From Octopus sinensis (taxonomy: Eukaryota): a stretch of DNA of 64,000 nt. The notes under the pieces were generated by a model. That model did not search any database. It saw nothing but the letters and a program-made list of their open reading frames with translations, and had not been told where the DNA came from. The stretch spans positions 70,742,001 through 70,806,000 of the forward strand of contig NC_043004.1 in the NCBI RefSeq assembly GCF_006345805.1. The letters run 5' to 3'. Shown here one piece after another: positions 1-13,100 of the stretch; the first letter of the stretch is position 1, and each line of letters begins with the position of its first letter. The position numbers and the translations under genes were made by a program.

Positions 1-370
1 TAGTTGTAACAAAGCCATATTCAGAGGTAGAGTGCCTGTATCCTTGGTTATTTCTTTACATACATACACACACCACATACTCACTTTCACTTCCTGCCTC
101 ACTCTCTCACATACACACACACACACACACACACATGAGCTACAGCAGTTTTTCTCCCTACAATATTTTACCCAAAGTGCTTTAGTAAACCCAAGATTTG
201 TTAAAATAAATTTTCCAAAGACGCCCTTCACTCAGATTGATCCTGGAACCAAATGGTGGCAAAGTCCCCCCCCCTCTCTCTCTCTCTCTCACTGTGCGCA
301 TGCATGCATGTGCTCAATGAGGAGGATGTTGTACTCTCAATCAGATTAAAACCGAAAACCTGTTACATAC

Positions 371-455
371 CTCAGTGACCTTAGTAAATGCCTTTAAAGC
401 TGCTGTGTAACTGCCTCGATTAATGTAGGCCTCACCGAGGCATTCCCATATATGA
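371..455 (-). CDS. SKIC3: SKIC3 coding exon 18 ([28 protein letters not shown])
   Basis: acacag|t ... gag|gtatgt; 85 nt, phase 2-0. Confidence 0.96.
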
Positions 456-3400
456 CTGTGTGGATAAAAGGGAAAAGGAATAAATAAAAGGACAAAGGTT
501 TTAAATGTTTACAAATTGAAAACATAATTAATTCACAACCAGTCTTACAGTTATGGCTCAGCGGGGGAAAAACATTTACATGAGGGGGTACGGAAAAGTT
601 CCGGGTTTTGGGTAAAAGCAAATACAAGAGAATCAGTTAATTATGATTTCTTTAACATATTCCCCTCTTAGATTCCCACATTAAGAGAACTCAGAAGGTT
701 GGGCCTCCAAACAGGCCTTTTGTGATACCCTTAAAGCAAGAACTTTTCAGACATTTGCTCAACGTGCCATGCCCACCACCACCACCACCATCATATGGGT
801 TGGATGGTTTGACTGGGCTGGCAAGCTGGAAGGCTACACAGGATCCAGTCTGATTTGGCATGGTTATCTATGGCTGGATGCCCTTCCTAACGCCAACTAC
901 TCCAAGAGTGTAATGGGTGTTTTACGCACCACTGGCACGGGTGCCATTTGCATGACACCAGTATCTGCCACGACTGCAATTTTGCTCAGCTTGATGGGTC
1001 TTCTTCTCATGCACAACATAATGCCAAAGATCTTGGTCATTGCCTCCATGAGGCCCAACACTCGAAAGGGGTTTGACCACTTTGCCTCCATGAGGCCAAC
1101 ACTCAAAAGGAACTCAGCCACTTTGCCTGAATACAAAGAGCTGAAGTAAATCTAAATCAGGAATTGTGGTTGTTGGTCGCAGTCATTGGTGGTGCTATGC
1201 AAATGACATCCATGAATCGTCAGGGTTGCTGCTGGTGCCATGTAAATGCCACCCACCCATGAATTGTAGTTGTGGTCGTTGATGGTGTCATGTAAATGGC
1301 ACCCGTGCTGGTGGCACGTAAGAGCACCCATTACATTCCTGGAGTGGTTGGTATTAGAAAGGGCATCTAGCTGTAGAAACAAGGTCAAATCAGACTGGAA
1401 CCTGGTGCAGCTCTCCATCTCATAAGCTCCAGTCAAACCATCTAACCCATGCCAGCATGAAGAGCAGGTTTTAAATGATGATGATCATTGGAGAATCTAG
1501 GCAAAGTTGACCATGGCAGTATTTGAATTCAAATTGCAGCGAAATGGTAAAAATATTGCAAGAAAGTCAACTTGATATCCTAACAACACTGCCAATTTAT
1601 CACCATTAACAACAGGATTTGCAAAATACTTACAAATCAAGAGGATCGGGACGCAGAGCAGCTTGGAAAGAAATAACAGCATTATTGGGGTCCTCATTCT
1701 TCAAATATTTCAATCCTAACCGTAACCAAGCCCATTTAGCACTGCAATAAAGAAAAAAACAAAACAATATAAACATTAATAAAAACAAAACACTGAAATA
1801 GTATTTAATATATTACACGAAGATTATTGGTGTTGATGTATAGACAACCAGATCTATGATCCATGGATGTTTTTATCAAACAGATCTATAAGCTATGGCT
1901 GTCCTTATCAAGCAGATTTATATAAGCTATGACTACCTTGATCAACAAGATCAATAAGCTACAGCTGATTAAGATCAATAACTCATGGCTCTCTTGATCA
2001 AGCAGACCTACGATACAGGGATGTCTTGATCAAGTAGCTCAATGACCCATGGCTGTCCTGATCAAACAGATCTATAACTTATTGCTGTCCTGATCAAGCA
2101 GATCAATAACCCATGGCTGCCTTGATCGAGCCAACTTATGATCCATGGAGGTCCTGATCAAGCAGACCTATGATCCATGGATATCTTGATCAAGCAGCTC
2201 AATGACCCATGGCTGTCTTGATCAAGCAGATCTATAACTTTGTCTCTGCATTTGACCCCATCATTGCTTGACAACCAGTGTTGATGTGTTTACATTCCTA
2301 TAACTTAGCAGTTCAGCAATATAGCCAGATAAAATAGGTACTAGGCTTCAAAAAAAACAAAAAGTCCTGGGGTCAATTTGTTCAACTAAAACCCCTCAAG
2401 GAGGTGCTCCAGCATGGCCACAGTCAAATAATTGAAACAAGTAAAAGAATAAATCAACCTCAACTATTCTTTCATTATTTGGTTAAAGGTATCAAAGTCT
2501 GTCACCACACTTCTCTCACTTGTTTGCACTAGGTTAGTTAGTTACTGTGTTAATTAAAAATACTTGTAATTCACTTACCCACCAGGGCCAGCTTTAGTAG
2601 TCACAGACTTCAAATATTCTAAAACACTCTCCTGGAAAGAATACCAAAATCAAAAAAGTATTTATTAACCTTTCATGGGCTGGTGGGGTCCCAAGGGAGC
2701 CCAGCAAATTTTAAATGTTATGCAACTTTTACATTTTTTATTTAAATGATTTTATATCTCATGACATTTATCATCAATAGTTTATGTCTGCACAAACAAA
2801 TTTTGAGTTAAAAACTTCCAGTTATAAGGATGTTATAGCATAAAATATGGTCATTGGAGTCCAACTGGACCCCATTGGCCTTCTTATTCCTGGCAGAATT
2901 TATGTGGGTAGCAGGTTTCTACCCGTAACCTTAGATATCTACAAGCTTTCAATAGACCTTCAAGTGCTTAAAACCCTTCTGATAATCTTTCCTAAGCTCT
3001 ACAGGACATTCTCTTCCAATCTCCTTCGACCATTTGTCTATATCTTTACTTACAATTATTACAGGTACAACCTTTATAGTTTTTATTCTCCAAATTCTTG
3101 CAATTTCAAATTTTACGGGATTTTATTATTTTTTTTTCATTGTCTTTCTTTCCAATCTAGGAATCAAATGAGCATGATGGATCAATTAGTAAGCAACTTC
3201 ACTTTGCCTTGTCTATTATTGTTATGTCTTGTTTATCCTTTTCTAGCTTCTTATCTATTTGAATTGGGAAAATCCCATAAATTTTTGCATTTCTCCAACT
3301 CCAGCACTCTTTTGACCCGATGATCATAGCATGTAACCTCCAGCTTTAAATCCCCATTTCTGACAAAGCTTCCAGTGTTGTTGTTATTATTATTATTATT

Positions 3401-4097
3401 ATTAAGGTAGAAAGCTGGCAGAATCGTTAGCATGCCAGGTGAAATGCTTAGCAGTATTTCATCCATCTTCATATTCTGAGTTCAAACTCCGCCGAGGTCG
3501 ACTTTGTCTTTCATCCTTTTGTGTGGTGGGGAATTAATAAATTAAGTACCAGTTGAGTACTGGGGTTGATGTAATTGACTATGCCCCTCTCCCAATATTT
3601 CAAACCTTGTGCCTACAGCAGAAAGGATTATTATTATTATAATTATTATTATTATTATTACAATTATTAATCAAGACTGACATCCTTATCATGAAATATA
3701 AATTTAAATCAAAAATAATTAAATATCATATCGTAATCAAACATTCTTTTTATAGTGATGATACTGCTTAATCCAAGGTTAGTCCAAATCAAGTATTCCT
3801 ATAATCAAAGGCAATCCAGCTGTGACCATTCCTTTTGTGTGGACTATTTGGCTGCTGTTTCTAGAAAACCTTGGAACTGTCTAGAAGTTTTGTTATTAGT
3901 TCTGTATTTCTGTATTCTTTGAATAAAATCACACTTACATCTCCAACATCTCCAGTATCCATCATAATATCACAGAATGCAGCACCAACATCGGAATTTT
4001 CAGGATCAAGATTAAAAGCCTTTTGGTAACATTTTCTAGCTTTTCTGTAATAAACAAAAGTTTAAACTAAGTGTATAAGCAAAAAATACAGTTTTAT

Positions 4098-4130
<33 letters not shown>

Positions 4131-7041
4131 GTTTAGCGTCCGTTTTCCATGCTAGCATGGGTTGGACGGTTCTGCTGGGGTCTGTGAAGCCAGAAGGCTT
4201 CATCAGGCCCAGTCAAATCTGGCAGTGTTTCTACGGCTGGATGCCCTTCCTAACGCCAACCACTCCGTGAGTGTAGTGGGTGCTTTTTACGTGCCACCCG
4301 CACTGGTGCCAGACAGAGCTGGCAAACGGCCACGAACGGATGGTGCTTTTTATGTGCCACGGCACGAGGGCCAGGCGAGGCTGGCAACGGACACGAAACG
4401 GGGCGGTGCTGGCAACGGTCGCGAAACGGAAAGTTCTCTTACATGCCACCGGCACTGGTAACACATCTGCAATTCCATTGATCGATTTCGATTCTGATCC
4501 TCACTTGCCTCAACGGGTCTTCACAAGCAGAGTTTCGACATGCCACCGGCACTGGTAGCACATCCGCAATTTCCATTGATCGATTTCGATTCTGATCCTC
4601 ACTTGCCTCAACACGTCTTCACAAGTAGAGTTTTGTGTCCCAAGAAGGGAAGGTATGCATACGTAGGCTGGCTCCATCCCATGTAGAAGGCCACGGGTTA
4701 TGGACTCACTTGTCCTGCCGGGTCTTCTCGCGCACAGCACACTTCCAGAGGTCTCGGTCTCTCGTCATTTCCTCAGTGAGACCTAAAGTTCGAAGGTCGT
4801 GCTTCACCACCTCGTCCCAGGTTTTCCTGGGTCTGCCTCTTCCACAGGTTCCCTCAACCGCTAGGGTGTGGCACTTTTTCACACAACTATCTTCATCCAT
4901 TCTCGCCACATGACCATACCAGCGCAAACGTCTCTCTTGCACACCACAACTGATGCTTCTTAGGTCCAGCTTTTCTCTCAAGGTACTTACACTCTGCCGA
5001 GTGTGAGTACCGGCATTACACATCCATCGGAGCATACTGGCTTCATTTCTAGCGAGCTTACGCATATCCTCAGCAGTCACGGCCCATGTTTCACTGCCAT
5101 GTAGCATGGCTGTTCGTACACGCATCATACAGTCTGCCTTTCACTCTGTGCGAGAGGCCTTTTGTCACCCAGAGGTAAGAGCTCTCTGAACTTTGCCCAA
5201 GCTATTCTTACTCTAGCAGTTACACTTTCAGCACACCCGCCCCCGCTGCTGACTTGGTCACCTAGGTAACGGAAACTATCAACTATTTCTAGTTTTTCTC
5301 CCTGGAAAGTGACGGAAGTTGGTCTCAGAGCATTTTCAGTGTTTATTGTTCCTGAGCATCTGCCACATACAAAAACCATCTTCCTAGTTAGCCTTCCTTT
5401 GACATTGCTGCATCTCTTATGTGTCCATAGCTTACACTTGGTGCATCTTATAGAGTTTCTACCTACACCTTTTCTACAGATCGAGCAGGGCCATCTACCT
5501 GAAGGGTTTGTGATTGTCTACCTTCCTACTGATTACGACTTTGGTTTTAGCTAGATTGACTCTGAGGCCCTTCGATTCTAATCCTTGTTTCCACACCTGA
5601 AACTTCTCCTCCAGTTCTGATAGCGACTCAGCAATTAGAGCAAGGTCATCAGCATAGAGGAGCTCCCAAGGGCATCCTGTCTTGAATTCCTCCGTTATTG
5701 CCTGGAGGACTATGATAAATAGGGGGGGCTGAGTACTGAGCCTTGGTGGACTCCTACCTCTACCCGGAATTCTTCACTGTACTCATTTCCAACCCTCACC
5801 CTACTAGCGGCGTCCCTATACATGGCCCGCACAGCTCTCACTAACCATTCATCTATCCCTAGTTTCCTCATTGCCCACCAGATAAGGGATCGGGGGACCC
5901 TGTCGAAGGCTTTCTCCATGTCAACGAAAGCCAGGTACAGGGGCTTATCTTTGGCTAGGTATTTCTCCTGCAGCTGCCTTACCAGGAATATAGCATCAGT
6001 AGTACTTTTCCCTGGCACAAACCCAAACTGCATCTCATCTAAACTAACTCTCTCTCTAATTAGTTGGCTATGACCCTCTCCGTAACCTTCATCACCTGGT
6101 CCAACAGCTTGATACCTCTGTAGTTATTTGTATCTAGGGCATCACCTTTACCTTTGTAGCAGTTGACTATTATACTGCTACACCAGTCATTGGGTATGAC
6201 CCCTTTGTGTATCACCTGATTAACTATACGGGTGACTAGGCTATAGCCGACACTACCAGACATTTTGAGCATCTCTGCAGTGATTCCTGATGGGCCTGGG
6301 GCTTTCCCTGTCTTCATGCTTCTAATTGCCTTAGCTACCACGGAACTATCAACTCGGCTAGCTGGTCCCTCTGTTGGGTCAACATTCGGCAGACTCTCTT
6401 TATCCAATTCATTTTCTTCATTCAGCAACCTTTCATAGTGGCATCTCCAACCTCTCTCTTTGCATCTCATTTAGCGCAAGTGAACCATCTTCCATGCGAA
6501 CACACTTCTCTCCTACCACATCACGATTCTCTCTCACACACTGTCTTGCAACACGAAACACCTCCAGTCTTTGGTCCTCACGGCACAGAACATTGGCAAA
6601 TTTTTTCTTATCTGCTTCCCCTCTGGCTAAATAAACCTGTCTCCTAGCTTCTCTTTTGGCAGTCTGATACAATTCCCTGCTACCCCCATTTTTCCAGACC
6701 TTCCAAGCATGTCTCTTTTCTCTAATAGCCCTGCCTACAATATTGTTCCACCACCACGTTATTCTAGGTCGAGAGGGGACTTTGCACCAGCCACAGATCT
6801 GGTCAGTGGCTCTCAGCAGGTTGTCCCTTAGAAACGTCCAGCTGTCTTCTACCCCCTGTGATGCTCTATCCCCTTCTACTTCGTCAGAGGCTTCAAGTAA
6901 TTAAATGTAAAGGTGAACATTGGTTAAATAGGACACGTGTGTGTTTGTGTGTGTATCATATATACACATGTAAGCATTGGATAAAATGAATATAAATAGA
7001 TAGAATATACATATGTGTGTGTGAGTGTATACCAGCATTAA

Positions 7042-7106
<65 letters not shown>

Positions 7107-10100
7107 TATATATATAAGTATTATATTATTAATAATTTAATAATGAGGCTGCAAAGAGAGAGACTTGGAGAGGCCACTATGAAAGGTTGCTAAATGAAGA
7201 GAATGAATGGAAGAGAGTCTATCAAATGTCGGCCCAACAGAGGGACCAGCTATCCAAATTGACAGTACCTTGGTAGATAAAGCAATTAAGGGTATGAAGA
7301 CAGAGAAAGACTCTGGCTCATCAGGAATCACTGCAGAGATGCTTGAAATACTTGGCAATGCAGGCTATAGACTAGTCACCTGTATAGTCAAGCAGGTGAT
7401 ACATGAAGTTGTGATACCCAATGACTGGTGTAGCAGCACCATAGTCAACTGCTACAAAACTAAAGGTGACACATTAGATAGGAATAATTACAGAGGTATC
7501 AAATTGTTGGATCAGGTGATGAAAGTTATGGCGAAGGTCATAGCCCAACTAATTAGGGAGAGAGTTAGTTTAGATGAGATGCAATTTGGGTTTATGCAGG
7601 GAGATACACCACTGATGCTATATTTCAGGTAAGACAACAGCAGGTGAAATTCCTTGCCAAAGGTAAACTTCTGTACTTGGCTTTCATTGACATGGAGAAA
7701 GCCTTTGACAGTGTTCCCTGATCCCTTATCTGGTGGTCAATGCAGAAACTAAGGATAGATGAGTGTTTAGTGAGAGCTGTACAAGCCATGTACAGGGATG
7801 CTGTCAGTAAGCTGAGGGTTAGCAATGAGTATAGTGAAGAACTTCAGGTAGGGGTCCATCAAGGATCAGTCCTCAACACCTTTTTATTCATCATAGACCT
7901 CCAGGCAATAACAGAGGAATTCAAGACAGGATGCCCCTGGGAGCTCCTCTATGCTGATGACCTTGCTCTAATAGCTGAGTCACTACCAGAACTAGAAGAG
8001 GAGGTTCAAGTGTGGAAGCAAGGTTTAGAATTGAAGGGCCTTAGAGTCAATCTAGCAAAAACCAAAGTCCTAGTAAGTAGGAAGGTAGACAAATCACAAA
8101 TCCCTTCAGGTAGATAGCCCTGCTCGATCAATAGAAAAGGCGTAGGAAGAAACTCCATAAGATGTACAGCAATATCAAAGGAAGGCTAACTGGGAAGATA
8201 GTTTTTGTGTGGCAAATACTCAGGAGCAATAAACACTGAAAATGTGCAGACAACAGCTTCTGTCACATTCCAGTGGAAAAAACTACAAGCTTTCTTCAGG
8301 TGTCTTGGGGAAATTTTGAACCTGGGTTCTCATTCCTAAGGTATTTTTCAATGTTGTTGTTGTTATTATTATTATTATTGTTCAGGTCACTGCTTAGAAT
8401 CGAACTTGGAATCTTGGAGTTAGTAGCCTGCACTCTTAATATAGAAAAATATTAGATTTATAAGCCCTAAAATTCACTCCATAACTGCCCACGGGCATAT
8501 GGCATAGTGGTTAAGAGTGCAGGCTACTAACCCCAAGATTCCGAGTTCGATTCCAAGCAGCAGCAACAACAACATTGAAAAATATCTTAGGAATGAGAAC
8601 CCAGGTTCAAAATTTCCCCAAGACACCTGAAGAAGGCTGGAGGGTATATCAGCGGAAATGTTGAGGACAAATATCCGCCGAATGTAAATAATGTAAATAA
8701 TTCCTCATCTCTTAAATACAGAACTCTACTCACCCTTTGTCTTGTTGTACATGAAGATAAAAATGTCCGAGATAAAGAAATATCTCACAATTGTAAGGAT
8801 CCAGTTTGGCAGCCTAAAACAAAAAGACATATAGAGATATATTATAGCATTCAGATTATTCTGCCAAATGTAATGCTTACTTATTAACATTGCTTTGAAT
8901 TAATCAAGTATAACCATACAGCTTCAAGATTTCGATGGTGTGATAGTTTATTTTTAATATGACATTGCAAGGTGGGTGTGAGAGGTTGGATCTGGTCACT
9001 TTGAACATAAAACAAGTAGAATATTTTGGTTGAAAATGGCCGGATTAAAAGTTAGAAAGTTAAGGAAAGGTATCCAATTGCTGGTAACGACCCCTTTCGG
9101 TCATGAATGACCATAGAATTGCACCTAGAAAGTTCCCCTTCAAGGTCCAAATCTGGACAAATCCAATGTTATCCAAGAGAAAGGCAAAAGCCGATACAAC
9201 TTGGCACCAGTGACGTCATAATTCATTTCTACAGCTGAGTGAACTGGAGCAATGAGAAAAAAAGTGTCTTGCTCAAGAACACAATACACAGCCCAGTCTG
9301 GGAATCGAACTCACTACTTTATGATTGTGAGCCCAATGCCCTAACCACTGAGTCATGTGCCTTCAAGTACTAGTACTTCATTCATTCAGCCAGAGCCAGA
9401 GAATATTATTTAACCCTAGATAAACAAACATATGAAATAGGTACCTGAAGGAAAGATTTAAAACTCTTCTCCGAATAGTTGCTGCTCTCTTGGTTGTCTG
9501 TGTGGGAGTCTTTCAGTTGCCAATAGATACGACCAAGCATCAAAAGAAACTTGCTGTTTTCAGGATACTCTGACACAGCAGCCAAAAGTCTATGAGAAGG
9601 GCAAAGAGAGAAATATGACTGAATTAAGGCCAGGTTAGTAATTCTACAGACAAAAATAAATACGTAAATAAATACAGTGCCTTGTGAGTGAATTTGGTAG
9701 AGGGAAACTGTGTGGAAGCCTGTGTGTGTGTGTGTGCTTGCATCTGTCTCTATCACCACTTGGTACCCGTCTTGCTTGAATTTGGTAGATGGAAACTGTG
9801 TAGAAGCCTCTGTGTGTGTGTGTGTGTGTGTGTGTGTCTGTGTGTGTGTGTGTTTGCATCTGTCCCTCTCACCACTTGGTACCTGTCTTGCTTGAATTTG
9901 GTAGATGGAAACTGTGTGGAAGCCTGTCATGTGTGTGTGTGTGTGAGAGAGAGTGTGTGTGCGTGCGTGCATCTTTGTAAGTCTGTGTGTGTATCTGTCC
10001 CCCTCACTACTTGGTAACCATCTTGCTTGAATTTGATAGATAGAAACTGTGTGGAAGCCTGTGTGTGTGTGTGTGGCATGTGTATACATGTCTTTGTGTT

Positions 10101-13100
10101 TGCATTTGTCCCTCTCACTGCTTGTCAACCATCTTCGTTTGTTTACATCCCTGAAACTTAGCAGTTCAGCAAAAGAGGCCAAAAGAATAAGTACCAGACC
10201 TAAAACAGTGCCCCAGCATGGCCACAGTCCAATGACTAAAACAAGTAAAAGATGAAAGATAAAAAAAATAAATCATTTTCAATTGCTAGCATGTGTCAGA
10301 AGGGTTCCCAAACGGGGTTCCCAAACGGGGTTCCAAAAAGGCAGTTAGCTGGAGGGAACATTAGCACGCCGGGTGAAATGCTTTCATCTGCCGTTACGTT
10401 CTGAGTTCAAATTCCACCGAGGTTGACTTTGCCTTTCATCCTTTCGGGGTCGATAAATTAAGTACCAGTTACGCACTGTCCTTGTTTGTCCTTTCTGTGT
10501 TTAGCCCCTTGTGAGCAATAAAGAAATAAGAATGGTTCCCAAACTTTTACAGGCTGCCACCCCCTTGACACCCAGGCTACATTCCTAGTGTCCCCACCCC
10601 CAACTATCCATCACAAACATAGACTCCCTTCTGAAGCAAATTCAAATATAATTTAATCTAACGAACCCATTATTTTGTTATGTCTACATGAATCACTACC
10701 CCATTATTACCCCACTTTTCTTCAACGGCCTCTTGGAACTTTCCACCACCCCCAGTGGGAACAATGCTGCCTATTCTGGGAACCATTGTGTTAGATGACA
10801 CTTGTTGAGGCAAACTGTCAACAGCTGGATGTTCTTCCAGTCACCAGTTCCAACACAAGCATATACAATGCATACATAACTGATCATTGAAGAAGGTCTC
10901 ATTCCCAAACATCAGAATTCACCATCCTCATAGCACGCAAACTTCTTCTTTGCCACTGCTGTCTTCTTCTTTCAATCAGGACTCACGCCATTAGCCACAA
11001 AGGATAATCTCTAATTCAAGCCTACTCTAAGCTACTAAGGATGCGTGTGGTAACTTGAAGATCCACTCACCACATGTGAAAGACTAGCAGTTGTACGGGT
11101 GTAAAAGCTACGTTGTTATCCGTAAACAGTGGCTTTTAACGGGTGGAGTGCTGAACCATCTGGGGTAAACAGGATTTGCAATCTAGACTAGGGTCTGAAA
11201 GTTTACCACACCATAGTGGGTTACACCATGGTTCCTCTGCTTTATAGCAGAAGTAGGAAGAAAAAGTGAAAGTTGTTGTGAAAGAGTACAGCAGGGTTCA
11301 TCGACGCCCCACCCCCACCTCCAGCCAGAGCCTCGTGGAGTTTAGGTGTTTTTGCTCAATAAACACTCACAATGCCCAGTCTGGGAATCAAAATCGCGTT
11401 CTTACGACCGCGAGTCTGCTGCCCTAATCACTGGGCCATTGCGCCTCCTGCTGCTGCTGTTGTCACCCCCACCCCCCCACCAACACCATTCAGCATCTGT
11501 TTTCTATGCTAGCATGTGTAAGATGGTTTGACTGGAACTGGTCAGCCGCAGAGCTGTACCAGGCTCTGGTATGTTTTAGTTTCTTTTCTATGGCTGGATG
11601 CACTTCCTAACACCAACCACTCCACAGAGTGTACTGGATGCTTTTTACATGTCATCAGCACAGATGCCCTCAACATGTCACTGGCACAGGTGCCTTTTAT
11701 GTGTCACCGATATGGATGCCTTTTAAGTGTCACCAGCACAGGTGCCTTTTAAAGTGTCACCGTCATGGGTGTTTTTTATGTGTCACCAGCAGAGGTATCT
11801 TTTAAAGTGTCACTGGCACAGGTGCCTTTTATGTCACCAGCACTGACCACAACTACGATTCCACTTGATGTGTCTTCATAAGCACAGCAAATCGCCAAAG
11901 GTCTTGGTAACTTGACATCACCTCCGTGAGACTCAACATTCGAAGATCATAATTCACTACCTCATCCCATGTCTTCCTGGATCTACCTCTTCTACAGGTT
12001 TCCTCCACAGTTAGAGATCAGTACTTCTTTACACAGCTGTCTTCCTTTCAAGAAAGTTAGATAAAGAAACAGCGGACAATCTCAATTCTTAAGACTTACT
12101 CAAAACAATTTCTAAGCCTAAATCCTTTTACCAAATTACAAACATCCACAGCACCAGAATTCATCTCTGGTTTCAACAGAATTAAGTAGATGAAAAATAA
12201 ATCTCTCTCTGATAGGATGCGAGTCTATGGCAGCTAACACTTCCAGTCCAGTAAATTGAACTTAAGAACTACAAGCCAACAGGCACCGATGACTTTCACA
12301 GTGCTAGAACTACTTACAGTAGTGAAGGGTACTCCATCATTAGGAGTCATTAAGGGTTGGTGGCATGATAAAATGCAGCCAATACACTCTGTAATGTCAG
12401 GGACTGGAAGCAGATCCAGCCATAGAAAATGTATCAGTTTGATGACACAAACAAGTAAAAGAATAGTAAAATAAAAGAATATATACTCACTTTTGCAAGG
12501 CAGCTTCGTAATTCCCCTGATGAAAGAGCAGCCAACCTTTGAGGGCAACAACCTCAGCAGATTCTGATTCAGCAAGTTCCTCCACACACTCCTTCAAGAA
12601 CACAAGACAAGAGCAAATAGTTATGTATTTTTGTTCTTTTTTTTTGTTTTACTTTAGTTTGTTTCTATAAAACTTCCACAAGAGAAGATTTATTCATCAC
12701 CACATGTTTGACCATGTAGAGCTACATTCATGATGTCAGTAATTTAGAAATTTTTGGTTTGGTGATAAGATACTAAATAACAGTGAAATCAGTTATTGTT
12801 TTTACTGTTCAGCCCTCATCAAGCATACTTTTAATCAACAGCATTCCAGCCATGACCATTTCATCTTTTTGAGTATCCAGGACTATATTCTCCAATATGG
12901 TGTTCTTCCTTACCTTTTTTTTTTAATTATTACTTAGATAAGTCAAGGTAGATGTAATTTGAGAGAAATTTGGCTGCTGTTTCTAACAGATGAAAAGACT
13001 GCATACAGCAAGCATGGGCAACCTTTATCAAAAAGCAGGCCATACTATTTAAAAATTCAATGTAATTTTCCATTGAAGATGCAACTCAAAGTCCCACAAG

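Noticed and set aside
1843-2240. Regularly spaced ~32-bp repeats resembling a CRISPR array
   Set aside because: Contiguous diverged units with no unique spacers, in eukaryotic intronic DNA with no cas genes.
9406-10182. 258-aa minus-strand ORF
   Set aside because: Mostly tandem SINE segments and (CA)n; only 9445-9589 is the real exon 13.
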